From NCBI GenBank assembly GCA_041642315.1, contig JBEPWQ010000001.1:1-61040 (forward strand): DNA of 61,040 nucleotides. The letters run 5' to 3'. The DNA comes from Desulfobacteraceae bacterium. GTDB taxonomy: Bacteria; Desulfobacterota; Desulfobacteria; Desulfobacterales; Desulfococcaceae. A model generated the notes under the pieces. It saw only the letters and a program-made list of their open reading frames with translations. It ran no database searches and was not told the origin of the DNA. A program made the position numbers and the translations under genes. Numbering within the stretch: the first letter of the stretch is position 1; each line of letters begins with the position of its first letter. This document shows, one piece after another, positions 1 to 8,883 of the stretch.

Positions 1-138
1 CAGAACCAGGCCCCGGCCGAGATGCGGCAAGCATGGGGCAGAGGACAGGGTCCCTGCCCCATGGGGTATAACTGCCCGATGGGTGGCCCCCGCCATGGCC
101 GGCGCGGTCGCGGCCCCCATCACGGGTATGGCTGGTAA
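1..138 (+). CDS. 3' end of a gene entering from the left edge; Gly/Pro/His/Arg-rich tail (...GQGPCPMGYNCPMGGPRHGRRGRGPHHGYGW*), function unknown
   Basis: Frame 1 is open from base 1 to TAA at 136-138, with GC-rich third positions like neighbouring genes. It is absent from the ORF track because no start lies in the window. Confidence 0.3.
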   Translation, partial: QNQAPAEMRQAWGRGQGPCPMGYNCPMGGPRHGRRGRGPHHGYGW

Positions 139-376
139 TCGAATTCCTGTCCCCTCCCGAATTCGGAAGGGGACAAAATACCCTTCCTCTTCAAAAAAAC
201 CGATCCCTTCCGTAAGGCTGACCGCCTTCTCATCGCTCCTCTTTCAGGCATTCTTTCCAGCAAGCATTCTATTCGGAATACAGTCGATTCTTTTCTATAA
301 TACCCGCTTCTGCGTATTTCCCGGAAGCCGGGATTCGATTAGGGATGTTTTAGAATTAGCTGACCCATGTTGGCCA

Positions 377-515
377 TGATCACCGTTTCGGCCACCCCGT
401 GAATCTTTTTTCCGGACCGGCAAGAACTCGCATTCGCTCAGACAGCTTCCCGGCCCGGAAAAAAGATTCACGGGGTGGCCTGCCTATCATTCAAGCTTGG
501 CCGAAACGATGATCA
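377..515. repeat. Nested palindromic intergenic element, copy 1 (second copy at 37108-37240)
   Basis: Inner arms 390-415 (ggccaccccgtgaatcttttttccgg) and 455-480 are perfect reverse complements. They extend by ccgg/ccgg (417-420 with 450-453) around a 29-nt loop caagaactcgcattcgctcagacagcttc. Outer arms 377-393 and 499-515 pair with one mismatch. Confidence 0.8.
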
Positions 516-583
516 AGGCCCCCATGTATGGATGCACCGCGTTCGGGTGTTCCGGAAGAACCACTACACCAAAGGAGAACAGA

Positions 584-2047
584 ATGCACCCCTTTCTATT
601 CCGCGTCTTTCTCGTCATCCTGATCTGCACCCATCTTTTCGGCTGCTATGCCCTGCAGCCTTCTTCCGGCGGCGGCCAGACCGATTTCAATCCGCCGAGA
701 AAAGTCGATCCGGCCGATATCGCGCTGCCGGACGGGTATCAGGCCGAAGTGGTCGCCACCGGGTTCACTTTTCCGACCGGCGTCGGATTCGATGACGACG
801 GCGGTGTTTATGTAGTGGAGGCGGGGTACTCCTACGGCGAGGTCTGGACCACGCCGCGCCTGCTTCGAATCGATCCGGACGGGAACGGTTTTACCGTAAT
901 TGCTGCGGGGGAGGACAATGGCCCCTGGACCGGCGTCGATTTCGACGGAAGCGCCTTCTATATCGCCGAAGGCGGTGAACTGGAGGGCGGACGCATCGTC
1001 CGAATCACCAAAGAAGGGGAGGTAACCCGGCTGGTGGAAAATTTGCCGAGCAGAGGGGATCACCACACCAACGGTCCCGAGATCGGCCCCGACGGTTGGC
1101 TCTACTTCGGCGTCGGAACGGCCACCAATTCCGCGGTGGTGGGCATCGACAACTATAAATTCGGCTGGCTGCAGCGGTATCCCGATTTCCATGACACTCC
1201 ATGCCGGGACATCACCCTCACCGGCGAGAATTTCACGACCCAAAACCCCTTCGAGCCCGGCACTGACGAAAAGGTGGTCACCGGCGCTTTCGTACCCTTC
1301 GGAGAGAAGACCCAGAAGGGGCAGATCATCGAAGGTGCGGTGCCCTGCAACGGAGCGGTCTTTCGGATCAGACCCGAGGGCGGAAATCCGGAGCTGGTGG
1401 CCTGGGGGTTTCGAAACCCCTTCGCATTCGCCTTTTCGCCGGACGGCCGGCTGTTCAGTACAGAAAACCAGTACGACATCCGCGGCAGCCGACCGGTTTT
1501 TGGAGCCGGCGATCTGCTCTGGGAAGTGAAACCCGATACCTGGTACGGCTGGCCCGATTACCACGGCGATACCCTCCTGACCCACCACAGCCGCTATCAG
1601 CCGCCGGGCAAGCCGAAGCCGCCGGCTCTGATTCAGGACCATCCCGATACCCCGCCCAAACCGGTGGCGGTGCTCGGGGTCCATTCCTCTTCCAACGGAT
1701 TCGATTTTTCCCGCAATCCCGATTTCGGGTATGTGGGCGATGCCTTTATTGCCCAGTTCGGAGACCAGGCCCCCACCACCGGCAAGGTGCTGGCGCCGGT
1801 GGGCTTCAAGGTGATCCGGGTCCGGGTGGATGACGGAATGGTAAAAGATTTTGCCGTCAATAAAGGAGAGAGTGGCGGCCCCGCCTCATGGACCGGCGGA
1901 AACGGCCTGGAAAGGCCGATGGACGCCAAATTCGATCCGGAAGGCACGGCACTCTACATTGTCGATTTCGGGGTCATGATGCAGAGCAGGCAGGGCGCCT
2001 TTCCGATACCGGAAACCGGTGTGCTCTGGCGGGTGACGAAGCGCTGA
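584..2047 (+). CDS. Glucose/sorbosone dehydrogenase-like (PQQ-type beta-propeller) lipoprotein
   Basis: ORF 497-2047. I prefer ATG 584, preceded by AAAGGAG, giving MHPFLFRVFLVILICTHLFGC (lipoprotein signal with lipobox Cys). Propeller-like repeats and the WYGWPDYHG motif are typical of soluble sugar dehydrogenases. Confidence 0.7.
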   Translation: MHPFLFRVFLVILICTHLFGCYALQPSSGGGQTDFNPPRKVDPADIALPDGYQAEVVATGFTFPTGVGFDDDGGVYVVEAGYSYGEVWTTPRLLRIDPDGNGFTVIAAGEDNGPWTGVDFDGSAFYIAEGGELEGGRIVRITKEGEVTRLVENLPSRGDHHTNGPEIGPDGWLYFGVGTATNSAVVGIDNYKFGWLQRYPDFHDTPCRDITLTGENFTTQNPFEPGTDEKVVTGAFVPFGEKTQKGQIIEGAVPCNGAVFRIRPEGGNPELVAWGFRNPFAFAFSPDGRLFSTENQYDIRGSRPVFGAGDLLWEVKPDTWYGWPDYHGDTLLTHHSRYQPPGKPKPPALIQDHPDTPPKPVAVLGVHSSSNGFDFSRNPDFGYVGDAFIAQFGDQAPTTGKVLAPVGFKVIRVRVDDGMVKDFAVNKGESGGPASWTGGNGLERPMDAKFDPEGTALYIVDFGVMMQSRQGAFPIPETGVLWRVTKR

Positions 2048-2132
2048 AAAGGGACCAACCATCGCCTTGCTGCTTGCAATGAAAACCGGCGTGGGATGCG
2101 CAGGCACGGAAATGAAAGAAAGGAGAAGGGGA

Positions 2133-2486
2133 ATGAAATCGACTATATGGATCATAGCCGTACTGGCATGCGGTCTGGTCTGGCTGACGGGATGCGGGTC
2201 GCCCCGCAGGGGCGCCCCCACCGGGGAGCCGGTGGAAATCACCCGCGGATACGTGGAAAAGGGGCAGCAGGTGTTCATGGCCATGTGCCACCAGTGTCAT
2301 CCGCGGGGGAGGGCGGGGGTCGGACCGGCCCTCAACAACAAAGCGCTTCCCGGATTTTTGATCCGACTCCAGGTTCGGCAGGGGTTCGGGGCCATGCCGG
2401 CGTTTCCGGAGAAAATGATCAGTGATTCCGAACTGGAACGGCTGGTCGCCTATCTGTTTCGACTGCGGCGTGCGCCTCAAGACTGA
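2133..2486 (+). CDS. Monohaem c-type cytochrome lipoprotein
   Basis: ORF 2067-2486. ATG 2133 follows GGAGAAGGGG and gives MKSTIWIIAVLACGLVWLTGC (lipobox). There is a single CHQCH haem-binding motif. Its position next to the dehydrogenase suggests an electron-acceptor partner. Confidence 0.8.
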   Translation: MKSTIWIIAVLACGLVWLTGCGSPRRGAPTGEPVEITRGYVEKGQQVFMAMCHQCHPRGRAGVGPALNNKALPGFLIRLQVRQGFGAMPAFPEKMISDSELERLVAYLFRLRRAPQD

Positions 2487-2535
2487 TATCGAACCCATTC
2501 CTGTTCCGCACCCACACCGATCAAGGAGGAGATCC

Positions 2536-3339
2536 ATGCGCATCATCGAACCGCACATTCACAATGTCTCGAGAACGACGGACGACTACTACAACATGGC
2601 GGTGGCCGGGATCGTCGCTTGCGTGGAGCCCTCGTTCTGGGCCGGCACCGACCGGACTTCGGTGGCCGGGTTCGAGGATTACTGGGAACACATGATCCAA
2701 TTTGAGACTGCACGGGCCGAGAAATTCGGCATCAAGCATTATGTCATGCTCAGCCTCAATCCCAAAGAAGCCCGGAACGCCATCGCCCGGGATGTGGTCC
2801 AGGCCATGGAAAAATACCTGGACCGGGAATCGGTGGTCGGGATCGGAGAGATCGGTCTGGATCTGATTACCGAAGCGGAAGAAGAGCTGTTTCGAATTCA
2901 GCTGCGGATGGGAAACGACCGGAAAATGCCGATGATCATCCATTCCCCCCACCACAACAAGAAGCGGGGGATCGAGCGGATTATCGATATTCTGGAGGAG
3001 GAGGGGGTGGCCCAGGAACGGATCGTCATCGACCACAACACCGAGGAGACCATTGAACTCTCATTGGGAACCCGGTGCTGGGTCGGCATGACCGTCTACT
3101 ATGTCACCAAACTGAGCGCTGAACGGGCGGTCAACTTGATCACCCGCTACGGCACCGACCGGATGATCGTTAACGGATCGGCCGACTGGGGCTATTCCGA
3201 CCCGCTCGCGGTACCCAAAGTAGCGATGCGGATGCGAAAGAGCGGCCGTTTTTCGGAGAAGGAGGTTCAGAAGGTGGTGTTTCAAAATCCCTATGATTTT
3301 CTGAAGCATTCCTCCCGATTCAATTTAGATATTGTATGA
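2536..3339 (+). CDS. TatD-family metal-dependent hydrolase
   Basis: ORF 2422-3339. ATG 2536 follows AAGGAGGAG. N-terminal IEPHIHN, then GEIGLD, IIHSPHH and VIDHN motifs characteristic of the TatD/amidohydrolase fold. Confidence 0.75.
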   Translation: MRIIEPHIHNVSRTTDDYYNMAVAGIVACVEPSFWAGTDRTSVAGFEDYWEHMIQFETARAEKFGIKHYVMLSLNPKEARNAIARDVVQAMEKYLDRESVVGIGEIGLDLITEAEEELFRIQLRMGNDRKMPMIIHSPHHNKKRGIERIIDILEEEGVAQERIVIDHNTEETIELSLGTRCWVGMTVYYVTKLSAERAVNLITRYGTDRMIVNGSADWGYSDPLAVPKVAMRMRKSGRFSEKEVQKVVFQNPYDFLKHSSRFNLDIV

Positions 3340-3472
3340 ATCGAAAGCGGATCACCTCAGAGCGGTTTAAATGAGACGGAAGGCTGTGCCGACACTTTGG
3401 GGCGAAACCATCGCGGAAAAAAATGGTGCGATTGAGATCAAAGCGGGCGGCCATTAGGGGCTACACCTACGA

Positions 3473-4369
3473 ATGGAAAAAGCTGCCATAATCGAAAGAT
3501 CGCGGGTTATTCCGTATCTGCAACTGGCCCGGTTTCCCAATATCTTTACGGCTGTCGCCGATGTGCTTGCCGGATACCTGATTGTCGCCGGTTTCCAGGT
3601 TCGATGGACCGCTCTGTTGGGGCTCATGACCGCCTCGAGCGCCATTTACGCCGCCGGCTGTGTGCTCAACGACTACATGGATCGGGAAACCGACGCCCTG
3701 GAGCGCCCCTTTCGGCCCATCCCCTCCGGTCGGATTTCGCCGCGCCGGGCCTTTTCCATCGCGCTGATTCTGTTTTCCTTGGGTCTGTTCGGTGCGTCCC
3801 TGGCCGGCCCGGCCCCGTTCTGGACCGCCTTGCTGCTGGTCGGGTTCGTGGTCGGCTATGACGCCCGGGCCAAGAAGCGATCCGTGGAAGGGCCTCTGAC
3901 CATGGGTCTTTGCCGGTCGACCAACCTGGTCCTCGGCATGAGTCCGGCATTCGGGCAGGGCGGCATCCATTGGCTGTTTCCCGTGATCACCCTGGGCTAT
4001 GTATTCGGCCTGACCGCGCTGAGCCGGTATGAAGTCAGCGGGGGCCTCGGATTTCGAAAATGGCTGATCCTCGCCCTCTGGATACTGACCATCGGTGCGA
4101 TTATAGGGATGAATACGATCGGGGTGCTGCGGACGCCGAGTCTGATCTATCTCGGCATCTTGATTCTTTGGACCGGCCCGATGCTGGCATACGGGTTGTT
4201 CAAGGTCTCGCCGGCGCACATCGGCCGGGCCGTCAAATACCTGATTCTGGGAATTCCGGTGCTGGATGCGGTGTATGTATCCGGGATTCACGGATTTGCC
4301 ATGGGCCTGCTGGTGATGTTCTGCCTGGTGCCTGCCTGGCTGTTTTCAAGATTTTTGTATGTGACCTGA
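3473..4369 (+). CDS. UbiA-superfamily prenyltransferase (DGGGP-synthase-like subgroup), polytopic membrane protein
   Basis: NDYMDRETDALERPFRPIPSGRIS matches the first Asp-rich motif plus RPxPSG of UbiA enzymes. About 8 hydrophobic segments. Confidence 0.85.
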   Translation: MEKAAIIERSRVIPYLQLARFPNIFTAVADVLAGYLIVAGFQVRWTALLGLMTASSAIYAAGCVLNDYMDRETDALERPFRPIPSGRISPRRAFSIALILFSLGLFGASLAGPAPFWTALLLVGFVVGYDARAKKRSVEGPLTMGLCRSTNLVLGMSPAFGQGGIHWLFPVITLGYVFGLTALSRYEVSGGLGFRKWLILALWILTIGAIIGMNTIGVLRTPSLIYLGILILWTGPMLAYGLFKVSPAHIGRAVKYLILGIPVLDAVYVSGIHGFAMGLLVMFCLVPAWLFSRFLYVT

Positions 4370-4403
4370 ATCAACATCATTCTGCGCGGAAGGAGATTTC
4401 GAT

Positions 4404-5741
4404 ATGGAACGAAAACGAGTGGTGGTTCTGGATGTGGTGGGGCTGCGTCCGGACCATTTCGCAAGCCCGGAAAAGATTCCGAACCTGGCCGAACTGGCGG
4501 ACGGCGGCACCCTGATGACCATGAAGCCGGTCTTTCCGGCGGTGACCCTGCCGGTACAGGCCAGCCTCACCACCGGGGTCTATCCGGAGACCCACGGGGT
4601 GGTCTCCAATGGGTTCTATTTTTCCGAACACCACCATGTCTCCTTCTGGGAGCAGGCCACAGGACTGGTGCGCTCCGAAAAGATATGGGAGCGGCTTCAC
4701 CGAAAAGACCCGGCGTTGAAAACCGCCGTCCTCTTTTTTCAAAACTCTCTATACGCCGATTGCGAGGCGGTCATCACCCCCAAACCGCTGCACACCGACG
4801 ACGGGTTGGTTCAATGGTGCTACTCCAAACCGGTGGGGCTGTATGAATCGATCAGCGAAAAAATCGATCCGTTCAATCTGTATCACTTCTGGGGGCCCCT
4901 GGCGTCGATCGAGGGGAGCCGTTGGATCGCAAAATCGGCTGTGGAGGTGATGGACCGAATTCACCCCGATCTCATGTTCGTCTATCTGCCCCATCTCGAC
5001 TACAGCTCTCAGAAGGTGGGCCCGGACGACCCGAGCATGACCGAGGAACTGCGTCGGATCGATCGGGAGGTCGGAAGAATCGTCCAGGGAGTGGATGCGC
5101 TCGGATTGAAGGAGGAGACGATCTTTATCGTCTTGTCGGAGTATGCCTTTCATACCGTTCAGGGGGATGTGGCCCTCAATCGGGTGCTTCGGGAAAACGG
5201 TCTGCTGTCCGTGCGGACCATCGCGGGCCGGGAATACCTGGACATGGAACTGAGCCCGGCCTTCGCCATGGTCGATCATCAAACCGCCCATATTTACATC
5301 AAGCCGGGCCGGAAAGCGGAGGTCCGGCAGGTGCTCGAGCAGTTGGCGGGGATAGATTTTCTGCTGGATACCGATGAAAAACAGAACCTGCGCATCGATC
5401 ACCCGCGCAGCGGAGACCTGGTTGCCGTGAGCGGACGAGACCGGTGGTTCAGCTATTACTGGTGGCTGAATCCGGGCAAGGCTCCCGATTTTGCAAACCG
5501 GGTGGATATCCACCGAAAGCCCGGCTACGACCCACTGGAGATGTTCCTGGAGCCGTCCACCCTCCATATTTCCCGGGACACCCGGCTGATTCACGGATCG
5601 CACGGGTACCCGCCGGTGGACGAGCGGGATCGGATTCCGCTTCTCATCAGCGGGGAATGGCGGGAAACGGCCGGCATGTCGGAAGACTTGAGTGTGCCGG
5701 ATGTGTTTCACCTGATCGAGGGTATCTTCAACGGCGACTGA
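4404..5741 (+). CDS. Alkaline-phosphatase-superfamily enzyme (nucleotide pyrophosphatase/phosphodiesterase type)
   Basis: N-terminal VVVLDVVGLRPDH and PVFPAVTLPVQASLTTGVYPETHGVVSNGFY (catalytic Thr context) are typical of type I phosphodiesterase/NPP family proteins. Confidence 0.8.
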   Translation: MERKRVVVLDVVGLRPDHFASPEKIPNLAELADGGTLMTMKPVFPAVTLPVQASLTTGVYPETHGVVSNGFYFSEHHHVSFWEQATGLVRSEKIWERLHRKDPALKTAVLFFQNSLYADCEAVITPKPLHTDDGLVQWCYSKPVGLYESISEKIDPFNLYHFWGPLASIEGSRWIAKSAVEVMDRIHPDLMFVYLPHLDYSSQKVGPDDPSMTEELRRIDREVGRIVQGVDALGLKEETIFIVLSEYAFHTVQGDVALNRVLRENGLLSVRTIAGREYLDMELSPAFAMVDHQTAHIYIKPGRKAEVRQVLEQLAGIDFLLDTDEKQNLRIDHPRSGDLVAVSGRDRWFSYYWWLNPGKAPDFANRVDIHRKPGYDPLEMFLEPSTLHISRDTRLIHGSHGYPPVDERDRIPLLISGEWRETAGMSEDLSVPDVFHLIEGIFNGD

Positions 5742-5749
5742 GAGAATGT

Positions 5750-5983
5750 CTGAACCGGAGCGAAAAGAACCCCTACGATCAGCAGCAGCTGCCTCTGGAA
5801 AAAGAAGAGGCCAGGGATATTGTGGAAAATTATCTGGAAGGCAGCCGAAACCCCAATCTCAGGGTCGGGGATGTGGAAGACCAGGGAGACACCTTTCAGG
5901 CGGAGACCGTGACAAAGGACGGCTCCCTGGTGGATCAGCTCCTGATCAACAAGGATACCGGGTGGATGCGATCGGTGTATTAA
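5750..5983 (+). CDS. Possible small PepSY-like protein, start unresolved
   Basis: The C-terminal 70 aa of ORF 5444-5983 (EEARDIVENYLEG...GDTFQAETVTKDGSLVDQLLINKDTGWMRSVY) look like a PepSY domain. No ATG lies in this frame after the upstream gene's stop (5741). The nearest in-frame ATG is 5657, inside the upstream gene. The 5750 CTG start is only a placeholder. Confidence 0.25.
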   Translation: MNRSEKNPYDQQQLPLEKEEARDIVENYLEGSRNPNLRVGDVEDQGDTFQAETVTKDGSLVDQLLINKDTGWMRSVY

Positions 5984-6039
5984 AACCGGTTGACAGCGCC
6001 CATGTAAAAAACTAAGGTTCTTATCAAAAGGTAAAATCA

Positions 6040-6120
6040 AGTGTTGGGGGTGCTCTCTGAGGAGGGCTGAGACTTTACCCTTCGAACTTGACCTGGATAA
6101 TACCAGCGAAAGGAAACACT
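6040..6120 (+). promoter_or_regulatory. TPP (THI-box) riboswitch aptamer upstream of thiC
   Basis: ggggtgc...ctgagac...acccttcgaacttgacctggataataccagcgaaaggaa matches the conserved THI element (CUGAGA, ACCUGAUCUGGAUAAUGCCAGCG-like core). The P1 helix is agtgtt 6040-6045 with aacact 6115-6120. Confidence 0.85.
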
Positions 6121-6153
6121 GCAACGGGTCCAAAAAACCCGGCATGCTGATGA

Positions 6154-6188
6154 AGCAGGTGCAGTGAAAGGCTGTACCTGCTTTTTTT
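6154..6188 (+). terminator. Intrinsic terminator acting as the riboswitch expression platform
   Basis: 11-bp stem agcaggtgcag / ctgtacctgct (6154-6164 with 6072-style pairing to 6172-6182, one G-U) with a 7-nt loop, followed by seven T (6182-6188), about 90 nt before the thiC ATG. Confidence 0.7.
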
Positions 6189-6280
6189 ATTTAGAACCGG
6201 CTCATACGAAAGGCGTCTTTCGGCGCTGTTTCGAAAAACGGCATGTCGCATATCACCGATATGCCTGAGGAGAAAAGAAA

Positions 6281-7549
6281 ATGAGTACACTCATTGATGA
6301 ACTCAAAAACGGCGAACGACCGGGGTTTCTATCCCAAATCGCGATACACGAATCGATGGATGAAGAGATCCTGGTCGACCGGGTGCTGGCAGGCCGAATC
6401 GTCATCTGCCGGAACCGCCGGCACCGGTTCGATCCGATCGCCATCGGCGCCGGCACACGCATCAAAGTGAATGCGAATATAGGGACCTCTCCCACCCAAT
6501 GCGATTTCGAAGATGAAATCATCAAGGTGAAAGCGGCTGTGGATGCGGGGGCAGATACGGTGATGGATCTCTCCATCGCCGGAGATATCGGCGGGTTCCG
6601 TCGGCGGGTGACGGAAGCATGCAATGTCACCCTGGGAACGGTTCCCATTTACGAGGCCATGATCGGTCTGACCCATCCATCCGAGCTGACCCTGGATCGA
6701 TTTATGAAGGTGATGCAAAAACAGGCGGAGGAGGGGGTCGATTTCATGACGATCCATTCCGGACTGCTGTGGGAGCATTTGCCGTCCGCGCAAAAGCGGG
6801 TACTGGGCGTGGTCAGCCGGGGCGGTTCCATCATGGTTGCCTGGATGAGGCACCATCGGCGGGAGAGTTTTCTGTACACCCATTTCGACCGGATTCTGGA
6901 AATCGCCCGGGAATATGACATCACCATGTCTTTGGGCGACGGCCTGCGGCCCGGATGTACGGCGGATGCCAACGACGCGGCCCAGTTCGGTGAACTGGAG
7001 GTGCTCGGCGAACTGGTGCAGCGCTGCCGGGATGCCAACGTGCAGGTGATGGTGGAAGGTCCCGGCCATGTGCCGTATCATCTTATCGAGGAAAACGTGC
7101 GGCGGCAAAAAGCGACCTGTCAGGGGGCTCCCTTCTATGTGCTCGGTCCCCTGGTGATGGATTATGCCGCGGGATACGACCACATCGCCGGTGCGATCGG
7201 CGGAGCCCTGGCCGCCTGGTTCGGCGCCGATTTTCTCTGTTATGTGACCCCGGCGGAGCATTTGCGCCTGCCCACGCTTGAAGATGTGCGGGAAGGGGTG
7301 ATCGCCTCGAAAATCGCCGCCGCGGCCGTGGATCTGGCCCGAAACCACCCCCGGGAGATCGAGCGGAATCTGGCCATGTCCAGAGCCCGGGAACGATTCG
7401 ACTGGGAGGGTCAGCAAAACCTGGCCATTGACCCCGCCAAATTCTGCGACTATCTGGAAAAGGTTGATCCGGACGCCGAAGGCGATCCGAACCACGCCTG
7501 TTCCATGTGCGGCGAATGGTGCGCGATCAAGCGGACGAAAAATCGGTGA
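6281..7549 (+). CDS. thiC: Phosphomethylpyrimidine synthase ThiC (short, anaerobe-type form)
   Basis: 422 aa, strongly ThiC-like throughout (VNANIGTS, MDLS, TIHSG, VEGPGHVP, YVLGPLVMD, C-terminal CSMCGEWCAIK cluster motif). It lies directly downstream of the TPP riboswitch. Confidence 0.95.
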   Translation: MSTLIDELKNGERPGFLSQIAIHESMDEEILVDRVLAGRIVICRNRRHRFDPIAIGAGTRIKVNANIGTSPTQCDFEDEIIKVKAAVDAGADTVMDLSIAGDIGGFRRRVTEACNVTLGTVPIYEAMIGLTHPSELTLDRFMKVMQKQAEEGVDFMTIHSGLLWEHLPSAQKRVLGVVSRGGSIMVAWMRHHRRESFLYTHFDRILEIAREYDITMSLGDGLRPGCTADANDAAQFGELEVLGELVQRCRDANVQVMVEGPGHVPYHLIEENVRRQKATCQGAPFYVLGPLVMDYAAGYDHIAGAIGGALAAWFGADFLCYVTPAEHLRLPTLEDVREGVIASKIAAAAVDLARNHPREIERNLAMSRARERFDWEGQQNLAIDPAKFCDYLEKVDPDAEGDPNHACSMCGEWCAIKRTKNR

Positions 7550-7587
7550 CGCCCGGCGACTTCAAGGGTGTCGAGGCCGGTTAGGGA

Positions 7588-8646
7588 TCAGGGGGAGGGG
7601 GACGCCTTTTCTTCGGTCTCCTTCAGAATGGTTTCCTCCATCGGATGGGAGACATTCTCCCGGGGTGCCAGAATCGTAAAGGTGGTTCCCTTTCCCCAGG
7701 TGCTGGCGACCTGGATATCCCCGCCCATTTCCCGAAGCGCCTTTCTGGCGCTGGCCAGAGAGAGACCGGTGCCCGATTCCCGGGTCGTGAAAAACGGGAC
7801 GAACATTTTGGGCAGGTGCTCCGGTTTGATGCCCTGTCCCTCATCCTCCACCTCCACGGAGCAATGGCTGCCGTGCCGTCGAGACCGAACCCGGACCGTC
7901 TGGCCGGGAGAGGAGACCTCCAGCGCATTGGTGATGAGCTTGTCCAGGATCCATCCGATTTTTGCCACATTGACCTGAGAGGGACACCCTTTCTCGTCCG
8001 GATCGGCCGTCAGGTGGATGCCGGCGGCTCGCGCCGCCTCCTGATGATGGCCCACCCGGTCCTGAATAATGGCGTTGAGGTCTTTCGAAATCGTCTGAAT
8101 CTCTTCCCTGGGAACGAACATCGAGAGTGTCTCCACCAGCCGCTCCAGACGGTTCATTTCCTGATTGAAATCGAGGTCGAGTTCGGTGCACTGAAGGGCT
8201 TCTTTTTCGCGGCACAGTCCCTTGAGGGCGCCGAGGATATCCCGCATTTCATTGCCCACGGCGGTGGCGGCCCGGCCGAGCACCGCCAGCTTCTCCGAAC
8301 CGATCATCTTTTCCTGGTGCTGTCGTTGCCGGTCCACCAGCCATCCCAGGACCACGGCCACCAGGTTGAAAATGAGAATCTGACTGAACACCGTGACGGC
8401 GTTGCTGTGTGCATCGTCATAAATGAAGACATGGGGTGCATAGATCAGGCTGATGATGATCGATGTCGCCAGACCGATTCGAAGCCCGAACCAGAAGCCG
8501 GCCAGAATAATCGGGATGAAATAGAACTCCCGGTGGAGAATGTGCAGCCCCATCTGCTCCCCGGCGGTGCCGTAATGGATGATCGAAATCACCGCCGTTA
8601 GACCGATGATGGTCAGCAGTTTGGTGTTTTTGGATTTAAGTTCCAT
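7588..8646 (-). CDS. Membrane histidine-kinase-like protein with intact HATPase domain but Asn in place of the phospho-acceptor His
   Basis: Four N-terminal hydrophobic segments. The dimerisation/H-box-like region is LAVLGRAATAVGNEMRDIL (Asn codon 8251-8253). The N box (ITNALEV), DEGQGI, FFTTR and GTGLSL ATP-lid motifs are present. Confidence 0.85.
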   Translation of the reverse strand: MELKSKNTKLLTIIGLTAVISIIHYGTAGEQMGLHILHREFYFIPIILAGFWFGLRIGLATSIIISLIYAPHVFIYDDAHSNAVTVFSQILIFNLVAVVLGWLVDRQRQHQEKMIGSEKLAVLGRAATAVGNEMRDILGALKGLCREKEALQCTELDLDFNQEMNRLERLVETLSMFVPREEIQTISKDLNAIIQDRVGHHQEAARAAGIHLTADPDEKGCPSQVNVAKIGWILDKLITNALEVSSPGQTVRVRSRRHGSHCSVEVEDEGQGIKPEHLPKMFVPFFTTRESGTGLSLASARKALREMGGDIQVASTWGKGTTFTILAPRENVSHPMEETILKETEEKASPSP

Positions 8647-8883
8647 GTGACCTCCTTTTTATATCTACTTTGAATAAAAATAATGGCGGATCGGGCAAAT
8701 GTCATGGCTGAAATATTCTCCCAAAAATGGCGGAAACCGGCGAATCGGTCGTGCCACCAGAGAGAAGATGGGATTATACTTTCTTTCATCAGGAATTTGG
8801 AAATCGGTATGAAAATAATTTGCACCCGGTCATAGGGGATGCTATTTTTTGAAAACCACCTTCAATTTAATAGAAATGATTGA

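Noticed and set aside
148-176. Hairpin tgtcccctcccgaattcggaaggggaca right after the first partial gene, considered as an intrinsic terminator
   Set aside because: The stem is reasonable (one mismatch) but no U-tract follows on either strand, so I do not call it a canonical terminator.
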